63,235 nucleotides of DNA, filler included, from Octopus bimaculoides (GCF_001194135.2; 9 parts of 8 records of this genome joined end to end with filler, not necessarily neighbours in it); one strand, 5' to 3'; positions 13,723 through 27,439 are shown, counted from the whole stretch's first letter. Program-made: numbers and translations. Notes: generated by a model not told the origin, from the letters alone.

Positions 13723-13953
13723 GAGGTCACAAAAGTGACAGAGAGTACTGACTGACACCTCTTTCGCTAAAAATAAGAGTTAAAACAACTCAAAAAGCCA
13801 CAAAAGCACTGTCTTAATGATCGACAAAGGGAGGTAAGTCCCTCCAATTTGTCAGTCATTAAGACACTGCTTTTGCGGCTTCGAAGTTGTTTTAACTCTT
13901 ATTTTTAGCAAAAGCGGTGCTAGCGAATACCCTCTGTCACTCTCGTGACCTCT
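13722..13953. repeat. 232-bp imperfect palindrome (foldback/MITE-like)
   Basis: agaggtcac...gctaaaaataagagttaaaacaact...gtcttaatga pairs with tcattaagac...agttgttttaactcttatttttagc...gtgacctct; arms about 113 bp, very short loop. Confidence 0.9.
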
Positions 13954-14899
13954 TTAATTTTGCGTTTAGGTTCTAATTGCTAATAAGCCACTCTTTTTAG
14001 TTTGTTACATACACACACACACACATGCACATGTATGTATTTATGTATGTATGTATGTATGTTTGTTTGTTTGTTTGTATGTGTAGGTGTATATGTATAT
14101 TTGTATAAAAGATCTGCAATGAAAACAGCTATAAAACACAGGGGCTTCCACCATAATAGCAACATCACAACCATTGCTTATGGATATTTTGTAACTCCGT
14201 TTGAACTGTTAATAGAGACAAAGAGATACATGATTATAAGCGGCGGATGAGTGTGGGGAGGTGGGGGTGAGATGATAGAATCATGAGTGGTAGTGAGAGG
14301 TAGCGAATGTTACTGAGAAAGAGAGAGACAGGAGGCGAGTGAGAGAGATATAACCAGATATAGATAGAGAGAGCGGCGGACATGTATATATATATATATA
14401 TAAATATATGTGTGTAGTTATGTATGTATGTGTGTGTGTGTATGTATGTATGTACGTGCGGAGGCGAGGGTAAATGACAAGAGAGGAACATGTGATAAAA
14501 GCTTTAGTAAATGAGATGCGCAGAGTAATGCAGACGTTATGGTGTTGGTGGGGGTTGCGGCAGTAATAGTTATAAAGGCGTTGATGATGGCAACGAAGTG
14601 AGTACAGAAAAATCGTTTTAAAAAAATATGAGAAGACGTAGAGTGAAAATATATGAAGAGATATGAGAGTAGGAAGAGAAACCAATTGTTTTCAATGATT
14701 TGAACATATAATATATCATGTATTTAGCCAACTATATGCGATAGAATGACTGCAACTGTCGGCTTTACGAGCGTTAGTCGCTGGATGCAACGTAGTTATT
14801 TTAGATAGAGATAGATATAGCAGGGTCTTGCGAGCGTTCTGACGTCTTACTTCATAGTGTTGGTGTAGTTGTGTGAATGTGTGTATGTCTGTAAGGATG

Positions 14900-15125
14900 C
14901 GTGTGTGAAAGTGAGTGTGTATGTATGTGTATGTATGGAAGTGTGTATGTGTGTGTGTATGTATGGAAGTGTGTATGTGTGTATAGAAGTGTGTATGTGT
15001 GTATGTATGTATGGAAGTGTGTATGTGTGTATCGATGTATGTATGGAAGTGTGTATGTATGTATGGAAGTGTGTATGTGTGTATGTATGTATGTATGTAT
15101 GTATGGAAGTGTGTATGTGTGCTTG
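14900..15125 (+). repeat. Complex minisatellite built on gtatgtatggaagtgtgtatgt units
   Basis: About 6 recurrences of ggaagtgtgtatgt (one agaag variant) within a (GT/AT) microsatellite background. Confidence 0.8.
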
Positions 15126-15461
15126 CATGCATGTATGCCTGTATGTATGTATGCATGTATATGTGTCGGTTTATATATATATGTATATTTCACATAATAT
15201 ATATTATAATATATGTAACATATATATATATATATATATATACATATATATGAATAGGTATATCTATAACTGTATGCATATATATATATCTATATCTATA
15301 TATATATTATATGCATATATGTATATATATANNNNNNNNNNNNNNNNNNNNNNNNNNNNNNNNNNNNNNNNNNNNTTAATTAATTAANNNNNNNNNNNNN
15401 NNNNNNNNNNNNNNNNNNNNNNNNNNNNNNNGGTTGCGTAGTTCTCGAGTTTTAGGGATTC

Positions 15462-15494
<33 letters not shown>

Positions 15495-15608
15495 CACATT
15501 CTCATTTATATAAATATAGATAAGGTTTTTAACTTTTAAATTTTCATATTCAAAAGAGACAGAGACTTCAAACTCGATATATCGATTTATTCACCACTCT
15601 ATGTTAAC

Positions 15609-15656
<48 letters not shown>

Positions 15657-16157
15657 TATATGACTTGCAGAAAAAAAGGTAATAGCTGTAAAGAGTTTAT
15701 TTGTACTATATGACAGGAGATATCCGGGTAATAGTAATTATTATGTGCCCTGTTGTACACTTCTGAGTCTTGTTAACAAGTGTGGAGGTGAGGACAAACG
15801 AATGGGTGTATATTTGTGTTTCTGTGTACGTCTCTTTTATGTGTGTGTAAACATGAACGTGATTTTTTTTATTAATAATGTATTTGGACCATTTATCTTT
15901 CCTTGTGTGGGTGTTTGGGTATGTGGTAAGAATGAGGAGTGGCGTCTGTGCATTTGAGTTAATTCGTAGCTGTATTTGTTTATTTGTTTTCTGATGTATG
16001 TGTATGTGTGTGTGCGTGTGTGTAAAGGTGTGTTGACGTGTGTGTGTAGACGAATGGACAAACGTTCAATGCTCTGTCATCACAAAACTGTTCACCTGCT
16101 CACGTACTTGTGTGGGTGTACGCGTGTTTTGTATGTAGGTATGTGTATATATATATC

Positions 16158-16216
<59 letters not shown>

Positions 16217-16502
16217 ATATCTATATATACACACACGTTTGTGGGTATGTGTTTGCGTGTGTGTGAGTGTGTATTGTGTGTGGTGGGTGTGTGTGTCTGC
16301 ATACGTGGGTGTTTGTATCCATGTGTATGTGGATGTTAGACATTTCGTTCTTAAATTCATCTTTGAACAAACGATTATGATGATATTAAATCTGAAAGGT
16401 AAAAAAATATACCCGCTAATTTGTATACGTTTCTTTTACGTGTGACCATGTTGGAGCACCAGCATTAAGTGTATCTGTGCCAGTACTTCTTTTGTCGGTA
16501 TA

Positions 16503-16737
16503 CAGGGTTGGCCAAAAGTTACCTCACAGTAAGTCAAAACCATTTAATTCCAAGATTGAAAAAAGAATTATTTTATATGAGACGTCATCAATGAATAGCG
16601 AAATATTGAACAAAACGGTTATTTTAACTCACAGCATCCAATTATTAAGCATTCATAATTGAAATGAATAAATAAAACTGAACGTTGAGTATTTATGTAA
16701 TTTTTATTTACTGTCGGGTGACTTTTGGCCAACCCTG
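16503..16737. mobile_element. Tc1/mariner-type MITE
   Basis: About 30-bp TIRs cagggttggccaaaagttacctcacagtaa / ttactgtcgggtgacttttggccaaccctg, flanked by TA on both sides. Confidence 0.9.
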
Positions 16738-16825
16738 TATATTTATCGAACCACTTTTTTACGGCACATAAACAAACAGAACATAAAAGTACACACACAC
16801 TGAAGCATATATACATGCATACTTA

Positions 16826-17041
16826 TGAGAGGGTACTGAAAAGTTCTTGGCTTCGGATAAAAGAAAATACAGGAGGATCAGTTAATTATGATTTCATTCA
16901 ACATATTCCCTTCGGATTCACATACTTATTGCTGTAGCCTTTCAGTTTTTCTAAGACTTGTAAAAGAACTCGGAAGGTTGGGCCGCCAATCAGGCCTTTC
17001 GTAGTACCCTTAAAGCCAGAAACTTTTCAGTACCACCGCCA
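16826..17041. mobile_element. mariner-type MITE
   Basis: TIR cores ggtactgaaaagttcttggctt / aagccagaaacttttcagtacc. Confidence 0.75.
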
Positions 17042-17149
17042 TGTGTGTATAGCTGGGGGTGGGTGAGGGTGCATGCATGATTTATTTCTCTTTTTAATTT
17101 AGAGTAAATTTTGAACGGCCACCTACTTGGTAGCAAGGTTGTGAAAGAA

Positions 17150-17381
17150 AGCATCTTGCTTTGTTCAATATCCTTTAAATCTTAAGAAACTCTTTCAGAT
17201 TTTTATAGATTCAAATATCCTGATCATTTGTAGTGTATGAATTAAGGAGTTGCGTTCTCTTCCCAAAAACTCAAGTTCAGCCATACATTGCTCAAGACGG
17301 GTTGGTAGGTATCCTGTTGTTCCAATAATAATAGTATTAAGCTGAAAGTGTATATTGCTGTTGTAATCCTTAATGTCGGAT
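17150..17381 (-). pseudogene. REL-type non-LTR retrotransposon ORF C-terminal tail
   Basis: IHFQLNTIIIGTTGYLPTRLEQCMAELEF...LIHTLQM...ESIKI*KSFLRF matches the IIIG..GY.P..L / K.CK.FL end of REL-domain ORFs. Confidence 0.55.
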
Positions 17382-17560
17382 TGTAACAATGCCCACTCTG
17401 TTATAGCAGTATAGTTAGTAAGACAAGACCACGACTATCTATGACCGTCTACTTCATACTCTCTGTCGACACTGACCGACGTCACCTCATTTATAGCGAC
17501 TAGCACATACCACTCGTCACGTGGGAGGGGTGTACCATTATTAATATTATTTCCACAATA
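17382..17560 (-). mobile_element. Probable 3' LTR of a Ty3/Gypsy element
   Basis: On - strand it follows a polypurine tract aaaagggag (17562-17570), starts tattgtgg and ends ttgttaca; contains a tataaa. Confidence 0.55.
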
Positions 17561-19865
17561 ACTCCCTTTTAAATTTTTCTTTTTTTCTTAGAGAGTGTCA
17601 TTTTATTTTTTTTTTAATAGCAATATTTTGTATATCACCCCACCTTCCATTTTTGAGATTTGTTTTTCTTAGTTACACATTTAATATTTTTTTCGTTTGG
17701 TATCCACTTCCAGGAACTCCGTACATTTTCTTTTACTTACGCTTGTGTGTCTAAGTTCAATCACCTGTGGTGGCGTTGGTACTTGAAAAGTATCATATGT
17801 CCATTCCATTGGTTCTTCCATTCTCTTGGGTTCGCTCTCTTTTTTTCAGTTGGTTCATGTGTCTCTTTTATACGCCTTTTCTGCTTTTTACCAAGTGTAG
17901 CATTTTTACTATGCGTTTGGCAATCACGGCATCTTCCCAACTCTGTTTTCACGTTCTTATATGCCCTCACAAATACCTTTTCACCAATTTTGAAAAATCT
18001 TGCTGTATTTTCCATTGCAATTTTTCTTTTCTTGCCAAGTAGCATTTTGTCGAAGACTGATTTTACTTTGCTCGCAAACCTCAGCTCCGCTGGTGACATA
18101 CTTGCTGGTGTATTTGAAATTGGTGTCATTCGGTTTACTCTTAATAATTACTGTAGAGCTACTTCATCTATGACTTCCTTATTCGACTTTCTTAGGGCTC
18201 TCTTGAACGTACCGACAAAGCGTTCTGCCAGTCCATTAGATCTGGGATGGTATGGCACCGTAGTTACATGTTCCACCGCAAATGTTTTACAGAACTTCTT
18301 AAATTCAAAAGAAACAAATTGCGTTCCATTGTCAAACACTATCGCATCTGGGATGCCAAATCTCGCAAACAGCTCATGTAAAAAAAAATGTCACAGTTGA
18401 AGAGGTTGGTCTTTTTACACTTACAAATTAATGGTCATGTAGAAAACTATCAACTACCTCGAAGTAGCATGAACTGTTTAAAGGACCAGCGAAATCGATG
18501 TGTAGTCTCAACCACGGAACATCTACTTTTGGCCGGGGTTCACTTTTTATCATCGGCAATTTTGCTGCTAGAGCACATCCTCTACAGCCTGTCACTAAAT
18601 TTTCCATTTCTCTATCCATTTTTGACCAGTACACATAGCTATGCATTAAAACTTTCATCCCTGAAATACCAGAATGTCCAACATTAAATTCCCTCAACAT
18701 TTTCTTTTGTAGTGTTTCAGCTATCACTACTCTCTACGCATACATCAGTATGCCATCACAAATTGAGTATAGGGTCACGTCCTGGTTTCGTTTCTCCCCA
18801 ATCCTGTTTCTATTTTATTTTTTCTTGGCCACAGTATTCTTTTCATTTTTGTCAAGAGTTTGTCCGCATTTCGTTTTATGTCTTCTTGGGTTACTGGTAA
18901 TTCGCGTTCTACATTCCACATTACGTGTTTTATTTCTCCTTCTGCTCTTAAAGCTGCGATAAACGTATCTTCGACTGGCTCGCAGTGTTTCGGTATTACT
19001 CTGGACAAACCATCCGCACGCTCTAGTTTTTTGACGGTAAATAGTCCATTTTGTAGTCATAATTCAATAATATCGTGCCTCATCGCTTTAGTCTATTTGC
19101 TGTGTATGTTGATATTCCTTTTTTAGAACCGTATATTGACAGCACTTGGCGATGGCCCGTTTGCAGACAGAAACTTCTTCCATGAATAAATCTATGGAAT
19201 TTTTTCACATCGAATATGATTGCTAACGCTTCCTTCTCTATATTTAAGAGATGAGGAATAATGTACAAAATTTCTCAGCTTTCTATCTGACTATAGTTCC
19301 TTTCGGCTGGTAATAACGATCGTGACGCATGGCCTATAGTCTGTTTGCTCCCATCATCAGAAACATGGCTCTTACACAGTAATCACTCACATCTGTAACC
19401 AATATGATATCCAACTTTGGATCAAAATGCGTTAACGATAAGTCCGGTGTTAAAATGCTTTTTAACTCGTCAAATGCCTTCTGGCACTTATCAGTCCCAC
19501 ACCATTTTGTATTTTTCCTTAACAGATCATTGAGCGGGGCCCTTACATTATGTATATTGGGAATGTAAATTTGATAATAATTTATTAAACCCCAAAACAC
19601 TTGTAGCATACTCACATTATTCGGCGCGGGCATATTTTTTTTTTATCACAGTTGTTTTGGATGGATCCAGTTTCTGTCCGATTTTATCTATTATCTGGCC
19701 CAAGTATTTAATTTTTTTCATAAAGAACTCGCATTTTTCTTCCGTTAACTTGAAACCGTATTCTGTAATCTTCTCGAATACCCTTTTAACATGTTCTACG
19801 TATTGACCAGGTGATTCTCATTTTATTAGAATATCATCTAAATAGGCGATAGCAAAATCAGTCAC
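17561..19865 (-). mobile_element. pol: Degenerate Ty3/Gypsy pol (RT C-terminus, RNase H, integrase), 5'-truncated
   Basis: YLDD at 19833-19844; FWGLINYY...APLNDLLRK; RNase H IEKEALAIIF; integrase zinc finger H.G....YVYW..MD......GCRGC; core DNGTQF...PYHPRSNGLAERFV; many stops and frameshifts. Confidence 0.95.
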
Positions 19866-19869
19866 CCAG

Positions 19870-20050
19870 TATTGTATCCATTACTTGCTGAAATATGGAA
19901 GGAGCCAATTTTACACCGAAGGGAAGCAACCAAGTTAAAACACAACTGGCCAGATATTGCTGTGTGGGACCATAAGGAATAGGTATGCTCTGTTGAGGGA
20001 ATCAGCTGCTCTCTGCATACCAATGTGGTTGAGAAAACACATGAGAAAAG
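19870..20050 (+). pseudogene. REL-type non-LTR retrotransposon endonuclease fragment
   Basis: TKLKHNWPDIAVWDHKE*VCSVEGISCSLHTNVVEKTHEK fits the HNRPDI.VWD...C...EISCP.D.N..K..EK pattern. Confidence 0.7.
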
Positions 20051-20646
20051 GACATCTATGTATGTATTATGTATGCAAGCATGCATACATGTTTGTATGT
20101 ATGTATGCATGTATGTATGTATGCGGCAGGTCTCTGCACAAGTATTATAGCCAATTGGGAAGGCATGCTTATATTTTGTAAATGCTAACATTTACAAACT
20201 CTCAAGCTGCATTCATCGGCTTCACATTTGCATTCTATTCCAAATGACTGCAAGTTTCAAACAGCTATCATGTGAGACTGGAATTAAATCTCAATACTTA
20301 GAATTTGACATTTTGTTTGGATCCATATTTTGAAAGCAATAATATCATTGCGTCAGCGTAAACTCCTAATTTTCATATAGCCTTACCACATATAGTACTC
20401 GCGTATTTATATATGTTTGAGAAGATTGCCCAGTTTTTGAAAACTACCGAGCGCAACCTGCATGCTGAATTCGCTTACGCCTAGCACTTAGTCGCCATAA
20501 TTCCTTCGATTAGTCAACATGTTAGCTTGATTATTTCAAATGACAGAAAAGGAAACTAGTTTTTATGTTATTTTACAAATATTTTTACGAAGAAATATGA
20601 GTACAAGAGTGTAAGTTGATATATAAGTATAGATTATTGAAACTAA

Positions 20647-20973
20647 GCATGGCTTAGTGGTTAGAGCGTCGAGCTTACGATCGTGGTTATGTGTTCGAAT
20701 CTCGGACCGGGTTTCGTGTTGTGTTCTTGAGCAAGACACTTTATTTCAAGTCACTCCAGTTCATTCAACTGTAGAAATGAGTTGCGACGTCACAAATGTC
20801 AAGCTGTATCGGCCTTTGGCTTTCCCTTGGATAACATTTATGGCGTGGAGAGGGGAGGTCGGTATGCATGGGCGACTGCTGGTCTTCCGTAAAACAACCT
20901 TGCTCGGACTTGTGCCTGGGAGGGTAACTTTCTAGGTGCAATCCCATGGTCAGTCATGACCGAAGAGAGTCTC
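20647..20973 (+). mobile_element. SINE family C, near full length
   Basis: tRNA-like A box (tggcttagtgg) and B-box-like gttcgaatc, then a body shared with 42496-42800. Confidence 0.9.
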
Positions 20974-20974
20974 A

Positions 20975-21215
20975 GCATAGGGTAGAAGAATTAGAGAAAT
21001 TTCCTACCAGTGGCTAGCATACATAAAATAGACAACATATTTTTCATATAAAATTAGTGTACATTTCTACACAAAAGAGATGACCCTAAACAGGACACCT
21101 TACATGTTAAAAGGAGCATGCTAAAAGGAACAGTCAAAATTCAAACCGCGGTTAAGAGTAATTTCGAAGGGGATGAAAAATAAAGACATTTTCAATAGTT
21201 ACCACTTGAACCTAG
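20975..21215 (+). repeat. Left half of a foldback repeat family
   Basis: Homologous, arm inverted, to 58743-59010 (ctaccagtggc...tttttcatataaaattagtgtacattt...ggaacagtcaaaa...gttaagag.aatttcgaaggg). Confidence 0.7.
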
Positions 21216-21600
21216 GTTTTGAACATTAATGAGCAAATGAAATAATTTGTTATCCGTGTTCTTCATCAGCAAGGCGCTAATAATTAACGTATAATTATGG
21301 GATAAATAGATGTACACTATANNNNNNNNNNNNNNNNNNNNNNNNNNNNNNNNNNNNNNNNNNNNTTAATTAATTAANNNNNNNNNNNNNNNNNNNNNNN
21401 NNNNNNNNNNNNNNNNNNNNNCCTCCTTATCCTCTTCCTCCTTGTACTCCTCCTCCTTGTCCTCCTCCTCTCCGTCCTCCTCCTCCTTGTCCTCCTCCTC
21501 CTTGTCCTCCTCCTCCTTGTCCTCCTCCTCCTTGTCCTCTTCCTCCTCCTTGTCCTCTTCCTCCTCCTCCCCTCTTCCTACAACTACTACTGCTAGTGCT

Positions 21601-21693
<93 letters not shown>

Positions 21694-22074
21694 GAACCAT
21701 GACCTCCATTTACGCCGTCGTCACGCTGCTCTCAATACCATTACCGCAACCACAACAATTACTATTGAAAATACATTGACGAGCGACCGCTAAACGATCA
21801 CTTGGTTTACGTTTATTAGAAAGAACAGTAACAATCTGTAAAAATCAAAGTCTACAGTTTTCAAAAGGGAAGGACTATTTAGATGATCCATTACCAGTTA
21901 GATTATGGCTGAATAAAAGACAGAAGAGGTGATGGCTGAAAAGTTGGAATATTATCGACTAGAGATTTTTCCTGGGAGGATTGAACCAAAGTATAAAGAA
22001 CGAAATCAACAACAAATATTCGAATATACATAAAGAGTTAATCACTCCCTACTTCACACGAGCAAAAATACACT

Positions 22075-22240
22075 GGTTCTCGTCTTTCTTTACGTTCTGA
22101 GTTCAAATTCCACCGAGGTCGACTTTGCCTTTCATCCTTTCGTGGTCGATAAATTAAGTACTAGTTGAGTACTGCGATCGATCTAATCGACTGGCCTCCT
22201 CCACCAAAATTTCGGGCCTTGTGCCCAGAGTAGATAGGAA
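22075..22240 (+). mobile_element. SINE family A
   Basis: gttctgagttcaaattccaccgaggtcgactttgcctttcatcctttcgtggtcgataaattaagtac. Confidence 0.8.
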
Positions 22241-22730
22241 ATGCACTGATTCTGTCACATACTGGTTAGTTCACACCAAATCACTATTCATTAGTGTATA
22301 TGTGTATATGTCAGTATAAACACAAACATATGTGTTGATATATAAGTATGTATGTATGCATGCATATATGCACGTGTATGTATGTATGTATGTATGTGTA
22401 TGTATGGATATGTGTGTGTATGTGTGTGTATGTATGTATCCGTTAAATGCAACAAAAACAGTATGAGATTAAAATAGACATTTACGTATCATGCTTAATG
22501 TATAATCAACATAACTGACAAAATTTTACTGCACTATACGTTCGGGGGTAATATCTCATATGGATGCACTATGTTTAAAAGCACAGTATCTATACATCAA
22601 AGGGAGAGGGAATTCCTCGCAGCAGTGGTAAGTAGTGGAAACGTTATATGCATTTCTGCCTCTTTGGACGTTATCACAAACGTGTGAATCAAACAAAAAG
22701 TAGGTATGCAGTTGTTTCATACGAGCGGAA

Positions 22731-22753
22731 TGCTTTTCTCCTTTTCAGGTAAG
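22731..22753 (+). promoter_or_regulatory. Candidate recursive splice site (acceptor immediately followed by donor)
   Basis: tgcttttctccttttcag|gtaag. Confidence 0.3.
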
Positions 22754-23369
22754 CGACTAAGGGATCTCAGGGAAATGCCTAGCACATTTTTCGTATTTGA
22801 TTGCTGAGGACTTTGAGTGAAAGTCTGAGCCATCAGCAATTGTATACCTACTTTTTCTGCATCCCTGTTTGACAAGCATTCACAGATGTAGATTCAATTC
22901 CGTGAGCTAATACGTGCCTGAAATTATCGAGCACTATCATACAAGGAATTCTATTTCTCAAAAGCTATTTTGAAATCGTCTACAATAATTTATGTTTTAA
23001 GTTACGGCAGCCATACAAGTGTATCAATTTTTATCCCAAATATCTTCTTTGTCCTGTCGAAGAAGTAAATATACCCGTTTGCGTTGCTTTACTTATTTAC
23101 GTGCTTTACATAAACATCAATACTACGAAGATGAACGACTAACTGATATTAATATGTATACCATGTTTTTTCTCGCTTTCATATATATACGCGCATGCGT
23201 TTAAGAATGCACCTATGTCCACGCGCGCGTATGTATATATTTCTTGAGCGTTTATTCAAAAAATTATATTTATTTTTCAGTAAATTGACTCTTATTCTGA
23301 GGAAATCCTATATCTGTCCACGTTCCCACCATGGTCTGCGAACACCGCAGAAACACACAGGCACACAAT

Positions 23370-23402
<33 letters not shown>

Positions 23403-23995
23403 GGATGGCCGGCAACGTATTTTTCTGCATTATATGGATAATTTATCCTGATCACACTATTTATAGCATTATCACGCGTTTGAGAAANNNNNNNNNNNNN
23501 NNNNNNNNNNNNNNNNNNNNNNNNNNNNNNNNNNNNNNNNNNNNNNNNNNNNNNNNNNNNNNNNNNNNNNNNNNNNNNNNNNNNNNNNNNNNNNNNNNNN
23601 NNNNNNNNNNNNNNNNNNNNNNNNNNNNNNNNNNNNNNNNNNNNNNNNNNNNNNNNNNNNNNNNNNNNNNNNNNNNNNNNNNNNNNNNNNNNNNNNNNNN
23701 NNNNNNNNNNNNNNNNNNNNNNNNNNNNNNNNNNNNNNNNNNNNNNNNNNNNNNNNNNNNNNNNNNNNNNNNNNNNNNNNNNNNNNNNNNNNNNNNNNNN
23801 NNNNNNNNNNNNNNNNNNNNNNNNNNNNNNNNNNNNNNNNNNNNNNNNNNNNNNNNNNNNNNNNNNNNNNNNNNNNNNNNNNNNNNNNNNNNNNNNNNNN
23901 NNNNNNNNNNNNNNNNNNNNNNNNNNNNNNNNNNNNNNNNNNNNNNNNNNNNNNNNNNNNNNNNNNNNNNNNNNNNNNNNNNNNNNNNNNNNNNN

Positions 23996-24040
<45 letters not shown>

Positions 24041-24268
24041 TATTCATATACACTTGTGTGTCTTTCAGTGTGTGTGAGTGTGTGTATTTAAGTCATATAT
24101 ACATACATATACGCGTACAAATGTTAACCTACACTGATACAGTATGTGTGCATACATGCTTTTCGGACATTAAACTCAATTATTCTGATGCATTAAATGT
24201 TATGCATAGACATAGAGACGAATATCCCAACCGATAATTCCCTGTCTTCTAGAACTCACTACGCACAC

Positions 24269-24323
<55 letters not shown>

Positions 24324-24577
24324 NNNNNNNNNNNNNNNNNNNNNNNNNNNNNNNNNNNNNNNNNNNNTTAATTAATTAANNNNNNNNNNNNNNNNNNNNN
24401 NNNNNNNNNNNNNNNNNNNNNNNATCTTGATATGAGATCACCATGTCGCGCACATATGGTTGTGATGCATGTGCCTGGTGGACCCTTATCAGACGGGTAG
24501 TGATGATGGGTATACTGGGCTTCGTATATTTTACCCCAGTGTCACATTGATGGCATGCACTGCTCTCTCACTCAATC

Positions 24578-24641
<64 letters not shown>

Positions 24642-25849
24642 TAATTTTAAGAGTTAGGTTAGTCGATTATATCAACTCCATGGCCCATTTGGTTCTTATG
24701 TTATCGAACTTGAAAGGCAAAGTCGATCTTAGCGTCATTTAACTCAGAACCCAAACCAGAATGAAACACTGCTAAGCACTTTGTCCTCCTTAAACGTACA
24801 AAAAATAAAATAATAAAATAATTATGCAACAGCTCACATTGCGCATATTATACACATCATATATAATACACGCTAAAATTAACACAAGAAACAAAAAAAA
24901 AGCCTATTCCCGCAGCGAAACAAAACAGATACATCATACAACCACCATCCATCCACCAATCACAAAAGACAATGACAATACTGTACACATCTCTGGAACG
25001 AGTAGTTGGAAGTAGATGTGAAGTAAAAGATGATATGAAATTTGAAAACAGCTTTTGATAATGTTAATAACTTCTGAAATCTTTTATAAATTTTAATAAT
25101 CTTTTACGTTCTGACTTGAAATGATTTCGAGTGATGTTTGTTCGATGCTCTTGGCACATCGTTATCAAATACAGTGTCTCATATATTGAACATTTATGAG
25201 TGTTATAAATGGTGGCTAATTTAATAAAAACATGAGATGTTACAGTTCATTATAAAAATTATGCCAAAGGGAAGGAGTATTCAATGTCTTGCTAAGAGAG
25301 GTTAATACCATGAAAAGATTTTTTTTCCATAACCTACTTCATACAATAATGGAAGAAAAATGACCAAACGGATAATGTATTTAATTATCTGTTCATCGAT
25401 CACGAGTTCAAATTCGCTGAAGGCATTTCATTGTATTTCTCGACAAAGTTTTAGCTTAAAGTTCGCTAATGTGTCAGGAAAAGGTTTAAGAAACAGATTA
25501 AACAGATAAAATCAGACTACTGATTAATGTCCTCTTAGCCGAAGGAACTTTATCCCTCATTCAATTCAAACCATTTAAACCATGTAACCGAAGATAAACG
25601 CCGGTTCTCAAAGGTCACCCCAATGTCTGAAGGTATTTTTTGTTCGTTAGCGATACAATATAATGATCGAATAACCACACCAGTTGGTAGTATACTCGTT
25701 AACAAACCGAGCGTTTTCCATTTCGTATCAACGATTCATCAACGGCATTTTGTTTAATGAACCTATTCAATTATATAAGTTGCTCAGTATGTTAGAGAAT
25801 TAAGCTTGTCTGGTGTAAATGGGAAATGGATTTCATGGATAATATTTTC

Positions 25850-26180
25850 TTTATAACTGTCACTCCATCGGTTACGACGACAACGGTTCCACTTGATCCA
25901 ATCAACAGAATAGCCTGCTCGTGAAATTAATACGCAAGTTGCTGAACACTCTACAGATATGCGTACACTTAACATAGTATACAGGGTGATTCAACGTAAC
26001 ACAGAATGTGGCAAGGATGGTCCCTTTGAATTACAAGTTCAATTCATTTTGACTATCTAAGCTGGCTGGAACAACATGAAAAGAAATGCCTTGCTCAGGG
26101 AAACAACGCGCCGCTGGGTATTGAACTCACGTCCTTACGATCGTGAGCCGATTACCCCAACCACTAAACTACGCGCCTTC
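25850..26180 (-). mobile_element. SINE, family C-related long form
   Basis: tRNA-like head on - strand (gtagtttagtggttggggtaatcggctcacgatcgtaagg...gagttcaatacc); body shared with 47400-47700. Confidence 0.7.
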
Positions 26181-27439
26181 ACTATTTTTTCATTATAAAA
26201 AGGGGAGAGGAACTGGTTAATTGGGTATTTTCATCAGGGAATAATTTCCCAAAAGCGAATTAAATTTCAATGTGCTGGTTGACCTACGACTATTGAAGAG
26301 GTTGCAAGAAGCAACAAAAGTTTTCGAAAAAATAAATGAGTGGAAATCGAACCGGTGTGTGTGGTAATTAATAAGGCATTGAAACCGAAGGACTCTTCCC
26401 AGACACAATGACATATATATATATATATATATATATACATTTATGTATGCATCTATGTGTGTTTATAAATATATGTATATGCATATATATATACACATGT
26501 GAGCATATAAACATACATGTGTGCATATATACACACATACACGCATACATACATAGTTACTTACATACATACATACATCCATACTTACATACATACAACT
26601 ACGCTATCTGGTGGCGTTCTTGTAGTGTGTAATGTTATATTTGAGCGATTTGGTTGCTATTTCTAGTAGGATAGGTGAATGAGGAGAAGCTGCCACACAT
26701 TGGCAAGACGGACCCTCCCTCCTTTTTCTTGACCAAAGTCATGCAAAGCGGAGAACATCACTTACGTTAGAGTATTAACCTAGTTAAGCATGAACAGGGA
26801 AGTTACATATTGCCATTTACTTCCACACAATGAAACCGAAAGCTAAGGTACTCAAATATTATTTTATTTCAAAATATGCATCGTTATTTTTTTTTTACGC
26901 TAGCGCGATACGACATAGGCTTCATTAATTTACAATGAAATTTGTGTTAATCAAATTAGTCCAATCAATCAAATAGACCTTTTAGACCAGTGCCACCCAA
27001 TGTGAATGTTTTTAAATTCAATAAAAGTATCATTTATACGTATATAGTACTGTACTTAACATTTAATGTTGATATTTGATTCAAATACAGCTAATGATGT
27101 CGTTTGTCAAATTCAGAGCTTCAGACTCCCAATTGAATAAGAAGATACAGTACAACAAATCTAATGGGAACATTAAAACTTGTTAGATGTAATTGTTTGT
27201 TACATCTATCGATTCACTTTTGAAAGTAAAAATCTAATATTTATCCTAATTGAACTTTATTAATATTGTTTTGTTTCTTTATAAACTAATGCGTTTCTAT
27301 CTATTTAACACTCACTCGACCAGACATAAATTCAGAAAACCTTTGAGCGTTACACTGGGGTCACGACTGCCATAGATATTTCTTTTGTAACCAGCACCAA
27401 GTCACAGACATATACTCGTTGTTTGTTCTCAATCTCTAA

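Noticed and set aside
14900-15125. Regularly spaced repeats as a CRISPR-like array
   Set aside because: Eukaryotic context, no unique spacers; it is a microsatellite-derived minisatellite.
20647-20720. tRNA-like sequences with A and B boxes (also 29281, 32217, 42496)
   Set aside because: These are SINE heads continuing into shared SINE bodies; no complete cloverleaf is supported.
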